This document shows, one piece after another, positions 63,471-64,000 of a DNA stretch of 64,000 nucleotides. A program made the translations under genes and the position numbers. Numbering within the stretch: the first letter of the stretch is position 1; every line of letters begins with the position of its first letter. The notes beneath the pieces were generated by a model, which worked only from the letters and a program-made list of their open reading frames with translations, ran no database searches and had not been told where the DNA came from. The stretch is from NCBI GenBank assembly GCA_963844035.1, contig CAWJMT010000031.1:19240-83239 (forward strand), written 5' to 3'. The stretch is from an uncultured Gemmatimonadales bacterium (lineage in GTDB: Bacteria > Gemmatimonadota > Gemmatimonadetes > Gemmatimonadales > GWC2-71-9).

Positions 63471-64000
63471 ATGGCGCAGCAGGTTCTCACCGCAGCACAA
63501 TGGCAAGTCGTCATCGACCCTGCCGGCCGTTCGGGCGCCGAGAACATGGCGATCGATCAATCTCTGCTCGACGAGGCCGAGAGATCCGGCTCCGCCACGC
63601 TGCGCCTGTACCGCTGGGACCCGCCCTGCCTTTCCTTCGGTCGCAACGACGCCGCGACCGCCCTCTACGACCGCACCAAAATAGAAGAGCTCGGGATCGA
63701 CGTAGTGCGGCGGCCCACCGGCGGCAGCGCCGTGTGGCACGAGCACGAAGTCACCTATGCCGTAGCGGCCCCGATTGATGCGTTCGGCTCGCTACGCGAC
63801 GCCTACCTCGCGATTCACCGGCGGCTCGCCGCCGCGCTGCAATCCCTGGGCGCCGACGTCACGCTCGCACCGAAGGCACGACCCGCCCTCCCGCCTACCC
63901 GCCCTCCCGCCTGCTTCGCCTCACCCGTCGGCGGCGAAATCCTGGTCCGCGGCCGCAAGCTGGTCGGCTCCGCGCAGGTCCGGCAACGCGGCGCGTTCCT
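63471..64000 (+). CDS. Lipoate-protein ligase / octanoyltransferase family (BPL_LplA_LipB domain), 3' end beyond the window
   Basis: MAQQVLTAAQWQVVIDPAGRSGAENMAIDQSLL...LRLYRWDPPCLSFGRND...VVRRPTGGSAVWHEHEVTY. Absent from the ORF track because it is open at the edge. Confidence 0.8.
   Translation, partial: MAQQVLTAAQWQVVIDPAGRSGAENMAIDQSLLDEAERSGSATLRLYRWDPPCLSFGRNDAATALYDRTKIEELGIDVVRRPTGGSAVWHEHEVTYAVAAPIDAFGSLRDAYLAIHRRLAAALQSLGADVTLAPKARPALPPTRPPACFASPVGGEILVRGRKLVGSAQVRQRGAF

Noticed and set aside
60112-64000. gcvH-gcvP without gcvT as an anomalous glycine cleavage locus
   Set aside because: gcvT is frequently encoded elsewhere, and linkage to a lipoate ligase is functionally sensible. 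Nothing unusual is demonstrable from this window.

Overview
High-GC bacterial chromosomal segment with diderm-type gene content: system I cytochrome c maturation, beta-barrel outer membrane proteins and many lipoproteins. Lineage cannot be assigned without a database search; Gemmatimonadota- or Acidobacteriota-like is only a guess. I support about 60 protein genes, mostly housekeeping. They include uvrA (edge-truncated, absent from the ORF track), cutA, an ABC exporter pair, ccmE-ccmF-ccmH, glpK, mtnA, DUF721-gyrB and ligA. Also present are a PRT-tldD-pmbA operon, an acyl-CoA ligase, PTPS-folE-SDR, M13/M23/M24 peptidases, an aminotransferase, HU, coaE and gcvH-gcvP plus a lipoate ligase (edge-truncated). 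I saw no rRNA, tRNA, CRISPR array, transposase or phage genes. Many long ORFs in the supplied track are antisense or out-of-frame shadows typical of high-GC DNA. Main points of interest: (1) One tightly overlapping minus-strand operon encodes NurA, HerA, a lipoprotein, Mre11-like SbcD, Rad50-like SbcC and a GNAT. It is preceded by two SAM methyltransferases and resembles the archaeal end-resection module. (2) A dispersed family of 7-8 nt tandem arrays (GGTGTCA, GGCGGGAA, GGGGACG, GGCGGTC, GTGAGAG, GACGTCT) occurs throughout. Many are arranged as long palindromes in divergent promoters, around start codons, or in frame inside coding sequences. (3) A mammalian-type 6-pyruvoyl-tetrahydropterin synthase sits next to folE and an SDR. 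(4) A visibly lower-GC islet carries two lipoproteins separated by a run of back-to-back GC hairpins. (5) About 25 apparent frameshifts interrupt otherwise well-conserved genes, many at homopolymer runs. These are most simply sequence errors, so feature coordinates span the reconstructed genes.
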